IMG/VR virus record: IMGVR_UViG_3300027724_000009
DNA length: 64,000 nt
Source of the DNA: an uncultured virus (IMG/VR IMGVR_UViG_3300027724_000009)
Taxonomy: Duplodnaviria > Heunggongvirae > Uroviricota > Caudoviricetes
Strand: one strand, 5' to 3'
The position numbers and the translations under genes are program-made. How positions within the stretch are numbered: position 1 is the first letter of the stretch; the number at the start of each line of letters is the position of its first letter. Of the stretch, positions 29,190 through 39,709 are shown piece by piece. A model generated the notes under the pieces. The model made no database searches. It was given only the letters and a program-made list of their open reading frames with translations, and was not told the origin of the DNA.

Positions 29190-29374
29190 TGCAATACAAT
29201 CTAAATTTTCTATACGAAAGCGGTGAAATATTAGTAGCCAACGTATCCGGTAAAAAGAGCCAAATGTTGGCCGTAATTAAAGCAGATAATTCGATAGAAT
29301 ACATCAAACAGAACTTACCTACTAAAGTGAAAAATCAGATTGAATTAGAGGCAAATAACAGAGTAAATTATTAA
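29189..29374 (+). CDS. Hypothetical protein
   Basis: Coupled ORF. Confidence 0.5.
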   Translation: MQYNLNFLYESGEILVANVSGKKSQMLAVIKADNSIEYIKQNLPTKVKNQIELEANNRVNY

Positions 29375-29376
29375 CC

Positions 29377-29580
29377 ATGCAAAAGATTATACCGAACCGA
29401 CGAACGAACATGATTGCAGAGGATATGTTTGCGGAGGATATGCTCCAAATATTCGACAAGAAAACAGGAGCATACATCGGTTTAATCAAACGTGGTGAGC
29501 CTATACCTGAAATATACACGCTCGATAAAACAGAGCAAAAAATAGAAGTTATAGACGTAAATCAATTATCATTATTCTAA
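29377..29580 (+). CDS. Small protein ending in QLSLF (beta-clamp motif)
   Basis: C-terminal NQLSLF. Confidence 0.55.
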   Translation: MQKIIPNRRTNMIAEDMFAEDMLQIFDKKTGAYIGLIKRGEPIPEIYTLDKTEQKIEVIDVNQLSLF

Positions 29581-29590
29581 ATAATCAGTA

Positions 29591-29881
29591 ATGAAAAAGA
29601 CAATAAAACCAGTTGATGTAACTAAGATAGCAGACTTTTATAAACGTCAGATGCTAAGAGAAACAGTAAACATTATTCAAAATTTTGGAACGATGTACGT
29701 GGACACTGCAGATAATAAAGAGCATGTATATTGCCTGAATAAAGTACAGGAAATGTTAAGCAAAATTGATGAGAAAGAGAAACAGAAATTTAGCAAACGT
29801 TCGTTGAATGAAATAAAAATACTCGAAAGCGTATTGGCAAAGAACGATTGTGCCTACATCAGATTTATAGATATTTATTAA
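29591..29881 (+). CDS. Hypothetical protein
   Basis: ORF packing. Confidence 0.55.
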   Translation: MKKTIKPVDVTKIADFYKRQMLRETVNIIQNFGTMYVDTADNKEHVYCLNKVQEMLSKIDEKEKQKFSKRSLNEIKILESVLAKNDCAYIRFIDIY

Positions 29882-29898
29882 CAATTAAAATTAGCAGC

Positions 29899-30063
29899 AT
29901 GACAAAGATTATTATTTTAGACTTCAACACAGGTGAAGCACACATATACACGTATGACAGTGCAGAGTTCCCAGAGGCAGAAGATTTCGTAAACTCCGAG
30001 GGTTTTCAATCAAGTAATTGCCAATGGCTAACATCGGATTCATTAACACTAACAATTCATTAA
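29899..30063 (+). CDS. Hypothetical protein
   Basis: MTKIIILDFNTGEAHIY; leader present. Confidence 0.5.
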   Translation: MTKIIILDFNTGEAHIYTYDSAEFPEAEDFVNSEGFQSSNCQWLTSDSLTLTIH

Positions 30064-30065
30064 TT

Positions 30066-30602
30066 ATGGCAAATTGGTGTAGCAATCACGTAAGCGTTAC
30101 CGGTGACAATCCGAACGTACAGGCATTCGTTAATGAGATTATTGAATTAAGCCTGAAGTACAGAAAAATTGAGGAGGGTGTACTGCCTGAATACTGCGAA
30201 TATTTAAAAGACGGTTATCTCTTTTTTGATAACGAGATTTATGAGAAAGAAACGACTGATTTCAGCGCGGATAATCCATGCTTTAACTATTCTACCCAAT
30301 GGAGCCCGAACCTGGCAATCCTGAAGTGTATGGCAGAACATCACAAAGTAAACATTGAAAGTGAGTACGAGGAAATGGGTATGCAGATTTACGGAAAGTG
30401 GACCTACAATGACGGCATCGAAAATGACGTATGGTTAGAGCAGGAGGATTTCGACCTATATACCGAGTATGAGGAGAATTATACCTATACATACAAAGGT
30501 GAAGTGTATAACTCTGAATGGGAAGTATTGGAGTTGATTTTGGAGAATAAGATTGCAGAATTAAAGAAACAACATTTTTTAACCAATAAAGAAACAGTAT
30601 GA
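30066..30602 (+). CDS. DUF1281/YubB ferredoxin-like protein
   Basis: MANWCSN...TQWSPN...YEEMGMQIYG. Confidence 0.7.
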   Translation: MANWCSNHVSVTGDNPNVQAFVNEIIELSLKYRKIEEGVLPEYCEYLKDGYLFFDNEIYEKETTDFSADNPCFNYSTQWSPNLAILKCMAEHHKVNIESEYEEMGMQIYGKWTYNDGIENDVWLEQEDFDLYTEYEENYTYTYKGEVYNSEWEVLELILENKIAELKKQHFLTNKETV

Positions 30603-30814
30603 AAAATATAGAAATCAGAACACAGGACAAAGCTACCAAAAAGACGACGTACAGAATTAATCTGTCAAACGTGATAGTATTTTTACGGCACGACGAGGAC
30701 AAGATTATCGTTCGGGATGATGAGCAGGTAATGGTAGAAGTTTACCACAATGGAGAGTTGATATTTTCAGACAGTAAGATTGAATTTTATAACAAGCTAA
30801 AAAATAATGTATGA
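30599..30814 (+). CDS. Hypothetical protein
   Basis: ATGA overlap. Confidence 0.5.
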   Translation: MKNIEIRTQDKATKKTTYRINLSNVIVFLRHDEDKIIVRDDEQVMVEVYHNGELIFSDSKIEFYNKLKNNV

Positions 30815-31032
30815 GTTACGATAAAATGATGAAGTGGAACAGTAAACATATCAAAGGCACCAAGCAGACAGTAATAATGCATACAAATAGTGGATTTACT
30901 CCGTCGAAAGTTTTTTTAGATAGTTATTTTGAGTACAGGAATGAATGCAAAAATGCAGGTATAGTTCCGGAATCATGCGAGTATTATTATCACAACAAAA
31001 CAGAATGCAGAAAAAAATTAAACGAAAATTAA
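30811..31032 (+). CDS. Hypothetical protein
   Basis: ATGA overlap. Confidence 0.5.
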   Translation: MSYDKMMKWNSKHIKGTKQTVIMHTNSGFTPSKVFLDSYFEYRNECKNAGIVPESCEYYYHNKTECRKKLNEN

Positions 31033-31100
31033 GTAACTATTGATTATATCAAACTGAAGTACGATATTTGTGCAAATCAATACACAGGTAAATTAAAGTT

Positions 31101-31412
31101 ATGGATTCAACAACGGAAAAAACATTACAGGATTTAGGTCGGAAAGTAAAAATGCTGCGAGAGGCAAAGGATATCAGTCAGGATGAGTTGGCAAGTAAGC
31201 TGAACCTGGTAAACGGCCATTCTTATATCTCGAAAATTGAAAAAGGTGCAGTAAACATCACGATAGAAAAAATGTGTGAGGTGTTATCTGTATTGGATTG
31301 CGAGTTTACTGTATTCGTAAAACCGAATTTCAAATTGAGCCAAAATAAAGCCAAAAAAACGAATGAAAAAAAAGGAGTGCTCAAACCCAAGAAGATAAGT
31401 TTTACAAGTTAA
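31101..31412 (+). CDS. XRE/Cro-type HTH transcriptional regulator
   Basis: LREAKDISQDELASKL...SYISKIEKG. Confidence 0.9.
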   Translation: MDSTTEKTLQDLGRKVKMLREAKDISQDELASKLNLVNGHSYISKIEKGAVNITIEKMCEVLSVLDCEFTVFVKPNFKLSQNKAKKTNEKKGVLKPKKISFTS

Positions 31413-31436
31413 ATCAAAGTACATACAAGCTAAATG

Positions 31437-31471
31437 AACGGCATAGTGGAGGATATCTGCTATGCCGTTTT
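31437..31471 (+). terminator. Hairpin closing island 1
   Basis: AACGGCATAG ... CTATGCCGTT then TT. Confidence 0.6.
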
Positions 31472-31520
31472 GATTTATAACGATTTTTTCATTATACTTA
31501 GAGATAAAGTAAAGTTACTT

Positions 31521-33029
31521 ATGTCTAAGAAAGGGAAAATTACAATGTTTAATAATACCAATGGTTTACTGTTGGCACCCAAATTTATTGAACTTGATAG
31601 CGGTAAGAAACAGTCATTTAGTTGGGATAATGAGGACTACAGGCAGTCAGTCGTAAATCCCGATATCTCCAATGCGATTGCAAAAAAGGAGGATTTTTTA
31701 GCGTTCAATTTCCGTCACATATCTGCAACCATTGTAGGAGCATGGAGTTGGAAAGCTACCGAGTTTAATGAGAAAGTTTTGAAAGAGGCTAAATCATTGC
31801 TCGAATATAAACCTGCATTAGTAAATCACAATGCGGAAACAGGTAATATAATTGGTGTTAATGGTAAAGTGGTTTATGAGAATGCATACAAGGCAAATGA
31901 CGGCACCATTATTCCTGCAGGACTGAATGCACCTATTTGGATTGACGGCAAGTTACATACGGATATATGCCGTAAATTATCGGCATTCCCGGTGCCACAT
32001 ATCCAATCGGTATCAGTATCTCTCTTATTCGAGTGGGAGCCGTCACATACGTTTACGGACCAAAGCGGTAACGAGGATGATTGGATGTTCGAAATGCGTA
32101 TCGGTACCCTGGTTGACGGTACAATGGTAAGACGTGTGGTTACTAAAATTGTGGACTTCTATGAAACATCATTGGTATTTTTAGGAGCAGATCCGTTTGC
32201 AAAAATAGTAGATACCGAGGGCAAGTTGGTGAATGTAGAGAAATCTGCAATCGTTGGCAGACAGATGTTTTCGGATGATAAAATTGGTAGCGATTATTAC
32301 AAAAGAAGTAACGGCCATTACTATTTAATGGACGATGTTACCTTTGCAAACGAAAAAAGTATAAATTTAAGAGAACGAATTAACGTCGATTTTTCAAAAA
32401 ATGGAAATTCACCCAAAAATAACGAAATGAAAGTATTAAAATTATCCGGCAAAAAAGAAGATTACGCACAGGAAGTGCTTACTACCTTAGAAGAATCTTT
32501 CAAAGTTGAATTTGTTGAGTTGAAAGACGAAACAGAAACAATCACAAACCTGACAAAAGAGGTGGAGGAGTTCAAATCTGCAAAGACTACTGCAGAAGAA
32601 TCTTTGGCTAAAGTTCAAAGCGAATTAACTGAAGCGAAAAATGCATTTGCTGAATACGAGAAAATCGTTCCGGTAGCTGAACTTTCCGAGTTTGCAAAAG
32701 TTATCGACCTGGCACAAGTAAAACCTTTGGCAGAGTTCGGACGTAAGGTTGAATTATCCAAGCGTGAGGAGTGCATCCGTTTATACAAGGTTTCTGTAAA
32801 AGACAAAACCAATGATGCAGTCATTAAGACAATCAATGAAGCGAGTTTCGATGCATTGGAGGGATTGATGCAACAGTATGGCGGTACCTGCATGGAGCAG
32901 TTCGGTGGAAAATGTGACGAATGTAATTCTACTAAAGTGAGTTTCCGTTCTTCAGTGAACGAGGGTGAGCAGAAAGAGGAAACAGAGAAAACGTCATTCG
33001 TTTCTATGGCAGAACAAATCAGAAATTAA
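31521..33029 (+). CDS. Prohead protease/scaffold protein
   Basis: Position; NH..., SVSVS, ETSLVFLGADP; coiled-coil C terminus. Confidence 0.7.
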   Translation: MSKKGKITMFNNTNGLLLAPKFIELDSGKKQSFSWDNEDYRQSVVNPDISNAIAKKEDFLAFNFRHISATIVGAWSWKATEFNEKVLKEAKSLLEYKPALVNHNAETGNIIGVNGKVVYENAYKANDGTIIPAGLNAPIWIDGKLHTDICRKLSAFPVPHIQSVSVSLLFEWEPSHTFTDQSGNEDDWMFEMRIGTLVDGTMVRRVVTKIVDFYETSLVFLGADPFAKIVDTEGKLVNVEKSAIVGRQMFSDDKIGSDYYKRSNGHYYLMDDVTFANEKSINLRERINVDFSKNGNSPKNNEMKVLKLSGKKEDYAQEVLTTLEESFKVEFVELKDETETITNLTKEVEEFKSAKTTAEESLAKVQSELTEAKNAFAEYEKIVPVAELSEFAKVIDLAQVKPLAEFGRKVELSKREECIRLYKVSVKDKTNDAVIKTINEASFDALEGLMQQYGGTCMEQFGGKCDECNSTKVSFRSSVNEGEQKEETEKTSFVSMAEQIRN

Positions 33030-33064
33030 TTATTTATTTTATCAAATTATAAAAATCAAAAAAG

Positions 33065-33508
33065 ATGACAGGTTCTATCCAAACAACCCCTACACAAGTC
33101 ATAAAAAACATGACTTCAGATGCGTTACAACTAACTTTTGTAAGTTCAGCAGGTAGCGAAATAAAAGCAGGACAGGAGGTATATCAACATACTGACGGTA
33201 CCGTTAAAAAACGTACATTAGGTACGCAAATTCCTTTGGGAATTGCATTATCTGATACTCCGGACGGAGAGCGTGTATTAGTGCGTGTGCCTCATCAAAT
33301 GGTTATCGAGGGTATTGCGAAAGGCGGTGCTTTAAATGCAGGTGTTGCAGTAGTTCCTGACGGTACATTAAATGCAGACGGATATCCGAACTATGTAGCA
33401 GCCGGTGCATCAGCCTATGTGTCAGCATTCACATTGAAAGCAGCAGTTGAAGATGCAAGAGTTCGTATCGGTATCATTCAGGGTGTGTATTTAACGCCTG
33501 GAGCATAA
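33065..33508 (+). CDS. Capsid decoration/cement protein
   Basis: Small Gly/Ala-rich protein between scaffold and MCP. Confidence 0.6.
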   Translation: MTGSIQTTPTQVIKNMTSDALQLTFVSSAGSEIKAGQEVYQHTDGTVKKRTLGTQIPLGIALSDTPDGERVLVRVPHQMVIEGIAKGGALNAGVAVVPDGTLNADGYPNYVAAGASAYVSAFTLKAAVEDARVRIGIIQGVYLTPGA

Positions 33509-33550
33509 TCGTTAATCGTAATCAATTAGTAATCGTATAAATCAAATAAA

Positions 33551-34897
33551 ATGAAAGAAAACCTATTAAAGTTGAGAAAACACAACTTAGCAGTATTCAA
33601 AGGTGATAAAACTGACAGACTTCAAGCAGATGAAGTAAAGACGTTAACCGAAGAAACGATCCCGGATTTTGCAAAAGAAATTGCGTTAACTAGACAAGGT
33701 AGAGCAACCGATGCTTACGGTCGTGTTATCCCGGCATACAATATTTCGTTTGCAGATGCTATCAGCATCCACTATGGTATTCAGCCGGCAAAGCAAACCG
33801 AAAGTGGCGAAAAGTTAAGCTACAAGCAACAACAAAAGCATGTTGTTAAGGAGTTCCTGAAGCAAATGGATATTTTCATGGGTTCCGATACTCTGAAAAC
33901 TGCGGCCGCTCGTTTGGGTAATGCGAATTTAGGTGTTCAGTCTTTGACAGATGCACTTACTAAATATTCACAGTTCGATGCATTAGCGAATACCTCCGGT
34001 GTTCCTGCAGACTACCGTTTCATCATTCCTGAATTAATCTTAACGGCTATCCGTTTGGATTACGATGCAAGTTCATTGCACCAGGGTTGGGTTGCCACGA
34101 CGCAATCAATCTCACAGGACGAAATCACAATGCCGTTCATCAAGAAAGGTAATGCGGTTGCACGTAAAGTTGGTGAGGGTGAAAGTATCGAATTTGGTTC
34201 CGTATCATTCGGTAAAAAGAAAGCCGGTGTATTCAAAGTTGGTTTGGGTTTCAAAATCACAGACGAACTGATTGAGCGTTCATCTTTGGACATGATTTTC
34301 ACGTTCTTAGGTGAGGTGGGTGTAGATATGTCAATCTGCGCTGACTATGAGGCTTACAGAGTATTGGTGAACGGTGAGCAATCTTCAGGTGCAGAATCCG
34401 CTCCGACTATCGGTGTTGCGACTGCCAACACATTCAACTTCAAAGACATCAAACGTGGTACGTCCCGTTTACGTCGATTGAAAAGAATGCCTGATACAAT
34501 CATTACAGGTGAAAACGACGGTATCGATATCACTTCATTACCGGAGTTTCAGGGTTTCAATGGTGGCAACAAAATGGCAACTATTCAGTCAATCTTAGGA
34601 GTGCCTGATACATTGAAAAACGACGTGTACACAGTTGGAAGCAATCAGATCATGTTGTTAGACAGTACAAAAGCAATGGCGAAATTGCAGTACGGTTCTA
34701 TGAAAATGGAGGAAAGAAGAAATCCACAAACACAGGAGAACGAAATCTTTGTAAGCGACTATATCGGATTTTCAATTATCAGACGTGATGCACGTTTAAT
34801 CATTGACAAATCAGTATTGTTCAGCGCACAAGGTTTCCCTGCATACATGGATATCGACGCACGTATCAACGAGGCGTTCAAATACCATGAGGAGTAA
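33551..34897 (+). CDS. Major capsid protein (HK97 fold)
   Basis: Position; KVGEGESI, KVGLGFKITDELI. Confidence 0.85.
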   Translation: MKENLLKLRKHNLAVFKGDKTDRLQADEVKTLTEETIPDFAKEIALTRQGRATDAYGRVIPAYNISFADAISIHYGIQPAKQTESGEKLSYKQQQKHVVKEFLKQMDIFMGSDTLKTAAARLGNANLGVQSLTDALTKYSQFDALANTSGVPADYRFIIPELILTAIRLDYDASSLHQGWVATTQSISQDEITMPFIKKGNAVARKVGEGESIEFGSVSFGKKKAGVFKVGLGFKITDELIERSSLDMIFTFLGEVGVDMSICADYEAYRVLVNGEQSSGAESAPTIGVATANTFNFKDIKRGTSRLRRLKRMPDTIITGENDGIDITSLPEFQGFNGGNKMATIQSILGVPDTLKNDVYTVGSNQIMLLDSTKAMAKLQYGSMKMEERRNPQTQENEIFVSDYIGFSIIRRDARLIIDKSVLFSAQGFPAYMDIDARINEAFKYHEE

Positions 34898-34922
34898 TAT
34901 TTTTCACCATTAAATAAATAGT

Positions 34923-35372
34923 ATGGAAATTTTTGTAAAGTTGAAAGATGCAAGTAACTCACACAGTATATTGCATCAGCAAAAAAACCTGTTCGGTAAA
35001 AAAGTTGAGAAAGTTCTGAAAGACGTTTACGTTTCAAAACTTTTGAAAGACGGAGTTATCGTGGAGGCAAAAGAAACGGAATACGACGCTTGGGTAAAGA
35101 GCAATCCGGTTGAAGTTTCTGCTGAAGAAAAAGCTATCGAGGATAACAAGGTAAGCGAAAAATCAGAAGTGGAAAAAACAGAAGAAACAACTGCAGATGA
35201 AACGTTCGTGGATTTGGCAGAGAAGTTCATCGACCAGGGTATCGTAACCAAAGACAGTAAAGGGTACAAACTCGAAAGTGAGTATATCGGAAAGAAGAAA
35301 AATGATGTCGCAAAATCATTATCGGAATTACCGGCAGAAAAGTTGGAAGAATTGAAAGCCTTATTGGACTAA
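34923..35372 (+). CDS. Hypothetical acidic/lysine-rich protein after MCP
   Basis: ORF followed by terminator. Confidence 0.65.
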   Translation: MEIFVKLKDASNSHSILHQQKNLFGKKVEKVLKDVYVSKLLKDGVIVEAKETEYDAWVKSNPVEVSAEEKAIEDNKVSEKSEVEKTEETTADETFVDLAEKFIDQGIVTKDSKGYKLESEYIGKKKNDVAKSLSELPAEKLEELKALLD

Positions 35373-35393
35373 GATTTATTCATACAGAAAAAG

Positions 35394-35426
35394 AAAAACG
35401 GATGCTCACAGTATCCGTTTTTTTTA
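35394..35426 (+). terminator. Intrinsic terminator
   Basis: AAAAACGGATGCT-CAC-AGTATCCGTTTTT. Confidence 0.8.
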
Positions 35427-35441
35427 TTTATATTTAGTATT

Positions 35442-35987
35442 ATGGCAATAGGAACAGTAATACAATTAGTGAAAGAGCGACTACCTTTCATACCTAATGA
35501 TAACACGTATGACGCTCGAATAGAATCTCTGAAATTAGAGGTTTATTATGCACTTCAGCATTGCACAAAATTGACAGATGCAGAGGTAGAGGACGATTCG
35601 AAATATACCGGCCTCCGGAGGTTCTTAGTGGCACGATATGTTTGCTACCTGCTTATCTACAATAAAATCATTGAGGTAGTTGGTGGTGTAGGAGGTAGTG
35701 CTCCGTCCGGGAACAAGCGTATCAAAAAAGGTAAAGCTGACGTTGTTGAGGCCGAATTTGACTATGCAAAAGCATCCGACGGTACCACATTGACTATGGA
35801 GGCAACAAACTTGATGAATGGCCTGTTAAAAGAGATTTGCAGTTATGCAAGTACGTTGAAATGTAGCCTACCATTATGCTCCGGCATTATAAAGAGCAAA
35901 GGTTACGGCCCTGCATTCATAGCGTATGGTGGCACGTCGAATATCTGCGGTTGTGGCAGTAGTTCTAATCCTCAAAACGACTATTAA
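35442..35987 (+). CDS. Head-tail adaptor (putative)
   Basis: Synteny. Confidence 0.55.
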   Translation: MAIGTVIQLVKERLPFIPNDNTYDARIESLKLEVYYALQHCTKLTDAEVEDDSKYTGLRRFLVARYVCYLLIYNKIIEVVGGVGGSAPSGNKRIKKGKADVVEAEFDYAKASDGTTLTMEATNLMNGLLKEICSYASTLKCSLPLCSGIIKSKGYGPAFIAYGGTSNICGCGSSSNPQNDY

Positions 35988-35989
35988 TT

Positions 35990-36445
35990 ATGGCATCATT
36001 ACTGACAGATAGCGAATTTGATGAGATACGTGATACGATTAAAGACGTTACCGATACTTTCCTGCGTTTACCTATCGTATGGAAGAAAGACAAGAATACT
36101 GCAACCAGGTTCATGCGTGACATCGACGGAGAGCGTACATACGACGATATAGCATTGTCGGGATTGGTTGTTTGGAACGATCAAGGGAACGGAGCATTGT
36201 TGAGCAAAGGATTGAATGGTGCCATTGATTTAGCCGACGGTTATGTATTGCTGAATTACGAAGATGCACAAACTGCAGGTGTAGTTTCCTCCACACATAA
36301 CCAAATCGTAAATCCTGCGAAAGATTATCTCGTTTTCGATAATGAAAAGCATGAGATTTTATCGTTGAATATGTTAGGACAACTGAAAGACAAAAACTGT
36401 TTATTGAAAGTTCACTTTAAGAAGAATATCAGGCCAAATGGCTAA
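35990..36445 (+). CDS. Head closure protein (putative)
   Basis: Synteny. Confidence 0.5.
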   Translation: MASLLTDSEFDEIRDTIKDVTDTFLRLPIVWKKDKNTATRFMRDIDGERTYDDIALSGLVVWNDQGNGALLSKGLNGAIDLADGYVLLNYEDAQTAGVVSSTHNQIVNPAKDYLVFDNEKHEILSLNMLGQLKDKNCLLKVHFKKNIRPNG

Positions 36446-36932
36446 GAATATAAAAAAAGTTGGCAGGTGGGATTTAGCCGGTATGGTTACAAAAAATCTG
36501 AAGCATGACATTAAAGATAGTAACCTTATCGTGAACAGGAAAATGGGTTCCTTATTGGAGCGGTACGTCATAAAGTGGATTAAGCGCCAACCTGGGTTGT
36601 GGGCACCATTGAACGAGAAGTACAAAAAGCGGAAAGAGAAACAGGGTTATTCAAATCTGACATTGAGGCGTACAGGTACGTTGATTAATAATATCACATC
36701 GGTAGCAAGTATGGACACGATCTTCTGCGGAGTAAAGCGTGAAGTAAAGTACAATGACGGAGAGAGCGTGGCGAACATTGCGTTGATTATGGAAGTAGGT
36801 AGCGCAAAGCGTAACATTCCTCCACGACCATATTTAACTCCGGCCATGAGGTGGATGGGTATGAAAATCAGAACGGAGAAATTGTACGAAGTAATGCTCA
36901 TGGATTATATCAGAAAAAAATACGGAATATGA
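36438..36932 (+). CDS. Neck/virion morphogenesis protein
   Basis: WAPL, LRRTGTL, EVG..NIPPRPYL. Confidence 0.7.
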   Translation: MAKNIKKVGRWDLAGMVTKNLKHDIKDSNLIVNRKMGSLLERYVIKWIKRQPGLWAPLNEKYKKRKEKQGYSNLTLRRTGTLINNITSVASMDTIFCGVKREVKYNDGESVANIALIMEVGSAKRNIPPRPYLTPAMRWMGMKIRTEKLYEVMLMDYIRKKYGI

Positions 36933-37681
36933 AATTCAAGCAATCAGAAATAAGCGACGGTATATTCGAAGTAATACGCAAAGCGGTGGTGGCCGGCGGT
37001 TATCTGCCTGACTTTGTTTCAGCCGGTAGCAGTAGTGCATATCAATCTGCCAAAGGAGCAATTATCAGTTCCGGTAAAGAAGTAATTGAAGTATTCAATG
37101 TCGGTACCTATAAGAGCAAGGGTGAGGATATGAATAATAACATTATTATCAATAGAGCATCGGTTGTCCCTGCAAAGATTGGTACAGGTAAAGAAATAGC
37201 ATTCGTTCAAAATGATAATGGAACGTTTGATAAAATTCACACTCCCGACACTCGATATGACATTATGTATAGTATATCGTACAATACAATTAGCGAAAAA
37301 TACGCTGAAATTATTGAGGATATTATACTGAATGCATTTGAATCAAGAAAGTTTATAAGAGCGGTAAGGAGCAATGGTGATATAATAATGAACGTTTTAG
37401 ATGATTACAATAACGACCTATCTGACGACTTTGGTGGTAGTATTGAATCAATAGAAAACGTTGCAGGTTTTTGGCTTATGAATCGTGGATTTGTTGATAC
37501 TTCAGGTACTAATTTTATTGAGAAACAGTGGAGGTTTGAAGCTATTAATATTGATTTAATTGGTTGGAAAAATATTGATACGGTACCACAATTAGTTCAG
37601 TTTGATTTCGCTTTAGGCACCGAGCCTAACAATACAAATGCAGGTAATGAGGATTTATTCAACATAGATTTAGAAATTTAA
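36929..37681 (+). CDS. Tail terminator/completion protein (putative)
   Basis: Synteny before sheath. Confidence 0.5.
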   Translation: MKFKQSEISDGIFEVIRKAVVAGGYLPDFVSAGSSSAYQSAKGAIISSGKEVIEVFNVGTYKSKGEDMNNNIIINRASVVPAKIGTGKEIAFVQNDNGTFDKIHTPDTRYDIMYSISYNTISEKYAEIIEDIILNAFESRKFIRAVRSNGDIIMNVLDDYNNDLSDDFGGSIESIENVAGFWLMNRGFVDTSGTNFIEKQWRFEAINIDLIGWKNIDTVPQLVQFDFALGTEPNNTNAGNEDLFNIDLEI

Positions 37682-37737
37682 AAGTATTTGTATAAATTAC
37701 AGTATAACGATAATCTAAAAATTTAAAATTCAGGAAA

Positions 37738-39699
37738 ATGACAAACTTATCAGGAACTCCCGGAGCATCTACCAACATATCAGATGTAGGCGTAATACCG
37801 GCAAATAGCAATAAAGGAATTATTTGTGTAAACATCATTGCCAAAAGAGGAAAGTTAGGTAAGCAATATTTGATTACCAATGCTACCGAATTGAAAAGAA
37901 TATTAGGTGGTGCGATTCCCGGGAATCAAGACTTCTACAAGTTGTCAAGAGGCTTAAACAAAGGAGCAAAGTTGCGAGTAGCGAGAGTTTTTCATTTGAC
38001 AGATCAGGACGACGCAACTACCGTTGAGGGTGACGTTGCAACAGTTACGGCCACACAAAACGTTACTGAAGTATTAGCGAGAGCAAATGCAAAATTGACT
38101 ACCGTTCCGAGCGGTGACGTTGTGGTTCAGTATGTAGTGAATACAGTAAGTGGTGAGGTAGTGATTGCATCGTACACAATTCCGACATCAGGTAGTCCAA
38201 CGGTAGCAACTGTAAATACGGCATTATATACTGCGGTAAATGCAGGTACAGGTACGCATGGTTATACTGCTACAATCGACGGTGGTTACATCGTTACGGT
38301 GATTGCACCAACCGGTTCCGGAGAAGATGCGAACAGATATTTCCTGAACGTGGTACAGACAGGAGCAACTGCAGGAACAGTAGCCGGTAATGGCCGTTTT
38401 GCAGGTGGTGTTACAGGTGTTGACGCATCGGTGGAAATTGATGCTGAAGCAGTAGGCTCCGGTTACAATGGTACAGTAATTGAAATCGTAAAATCAATTT
38501 CAAATCAGCCGGGTAAAGTTGACATCAAAGTAACGTTACCCGATAACGATTTACCAATACAAGTGAGCAACTATGACAGAGTGCTAACATCTGAAACGTG
38601 TGCATCTTTGAACGGACAAATCGGTGTAGTAGCATTCGACTTCAGTTCAATGAATGTAGGTAATATGTTACCTATTGGTACGTTTATTTTAGCAGACGGT
38701 ACACAGGACGTATCATTGATTAATGATGCTGATTTTATCGGTAGTCCAATATCTAAAAACGGATATCACTCATTCAATGACGTGAGTGACAGTATGCGTA
38801 TTTGGAACGTTTCAAAGCCTACACATACTGCTAATCAGGGATTGGTTGCATACGTTATGGCTCGTGGTGATATGCGCTGCAGAATTTATACTCCGTTAGG
38901 ATTAAGCATTGAAGGTATCACTGATTTCAGAAACGGTACCGGCTCATTCTCTCATCAGCCGATTGATTCTTTTTACGGAGATATGTGGTACACAGACATC
39001 GAAATAAACGATCCTGCAAATTCCTCTAATACAGGATATGTAATAAGCGGTATTGGCGACCAATTAGCTAACAGAACATTAGCAGACGATAAAGCAGGTG
39101 TTTGGATATCTGATTCCGGTGAAATGTTCGGTAAATTATTCGGTGTGAATGACGTGGCGATTAACTTCAAATCTCCTGCATACAAAGGTTATTACGACGA
39201 TTTGTATGAGGGTGGTGTGAATGCTATCGTAAATCATCCGACGTTCAAAATCACGAATTGGGGTAACAGAACATTGAACCTGAACCGTACCTCTTTATTG
39301 AGCAAAACAAACATTGCCGACCTGGTGGTTTATATTTCAAGAGAGGTAAAGCTGATTGCAGAGCGTATGTCTTTCAATCCGAATGATTTGGTTATGTTCG
39401 GAAGATTATACAGAAAGGTGCGTCCGTTCATTATCGACGAGTTGATTGCCGGTAGAGCAATCGAGGGTGGTACCGGCCCGAAATACGGTGAGGGAACATG
39501 GTGGCATTGGTTAGGCGACCAAAACGCTAAGAACCTGAATGAACTTCAGTTCAACACAAAGAGCGACGTAGATGCAGGTAAATATCGTGTTCGTTTTGCA
39601 TTCAAGCCGATTGCATCAAACGAATACATAGCTATCGACATTGCACCTGCAGATAGCGTAACTATTCAAAACATTCAACAATTATTAACAGTAAACTAA
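37738..39699 (+). CDS. Contractile tail sheath protein
   Basis: TPG N terminus, GVNAI, WGNRTL, FNPND, FKPIASNEYI. Confidence 0.9.
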   Translation: MTNLSGTPGASTNISDVGVIPANSNKGIICVNIIAKRGKLGKQYLITNATELKRILGGAIPGNQDFYKLSRGLNKGAKLRVARVFHLTDQDDATTVEGDVATVTATQNVTEVLARANAKLTTVPSGDVVVQYVVNTVSGEVVIASYTIPTSGSPTVATVNTALYTAVNAGTGTHGYTATIDGGYIVTVIAPTGSGEDANRYFLNVVQTGATAGTVAGNGRFAGGVTGVDASVEIDAEAVGSGYNGTVIEIVKSISNQPGKVDIKVTLPDNDLPIQVSNYDRVLTSETCASLNGQIGVVAFDFSSMNVGNMLPIGTFILADGTQDVSLINDADFIGSPISKNGYHSFNDVSDSMRIWNVSKPTHTANQGLVAYVMARGDMRCRIYTPLGLSIEGITDFRNGTGSFSHQPIDSFYGDMWYTDIEINDPANSSNTGYVISGIGDQLANRTLADDKAGVWISDSGEMFGKLFGVNDVAINFKSPAYKGYYDDLYEGGVNAIVNHPTFKITNWGNRTLNLNRTSLLSKTNIADLVVYISREVKLIAERMSFNPNDLVMFGRLYRKVRPFIIDELIAGRAIEGGTGPKYGEGTWWHWLGDQNAKNLNELQFNTKSDVDAGKYRVRFAFKPIASNEYIAIDIAPADSVTIQNIQQLLTVN

Positions 39700-39709
39700 T
39701 TCAAAAGTC

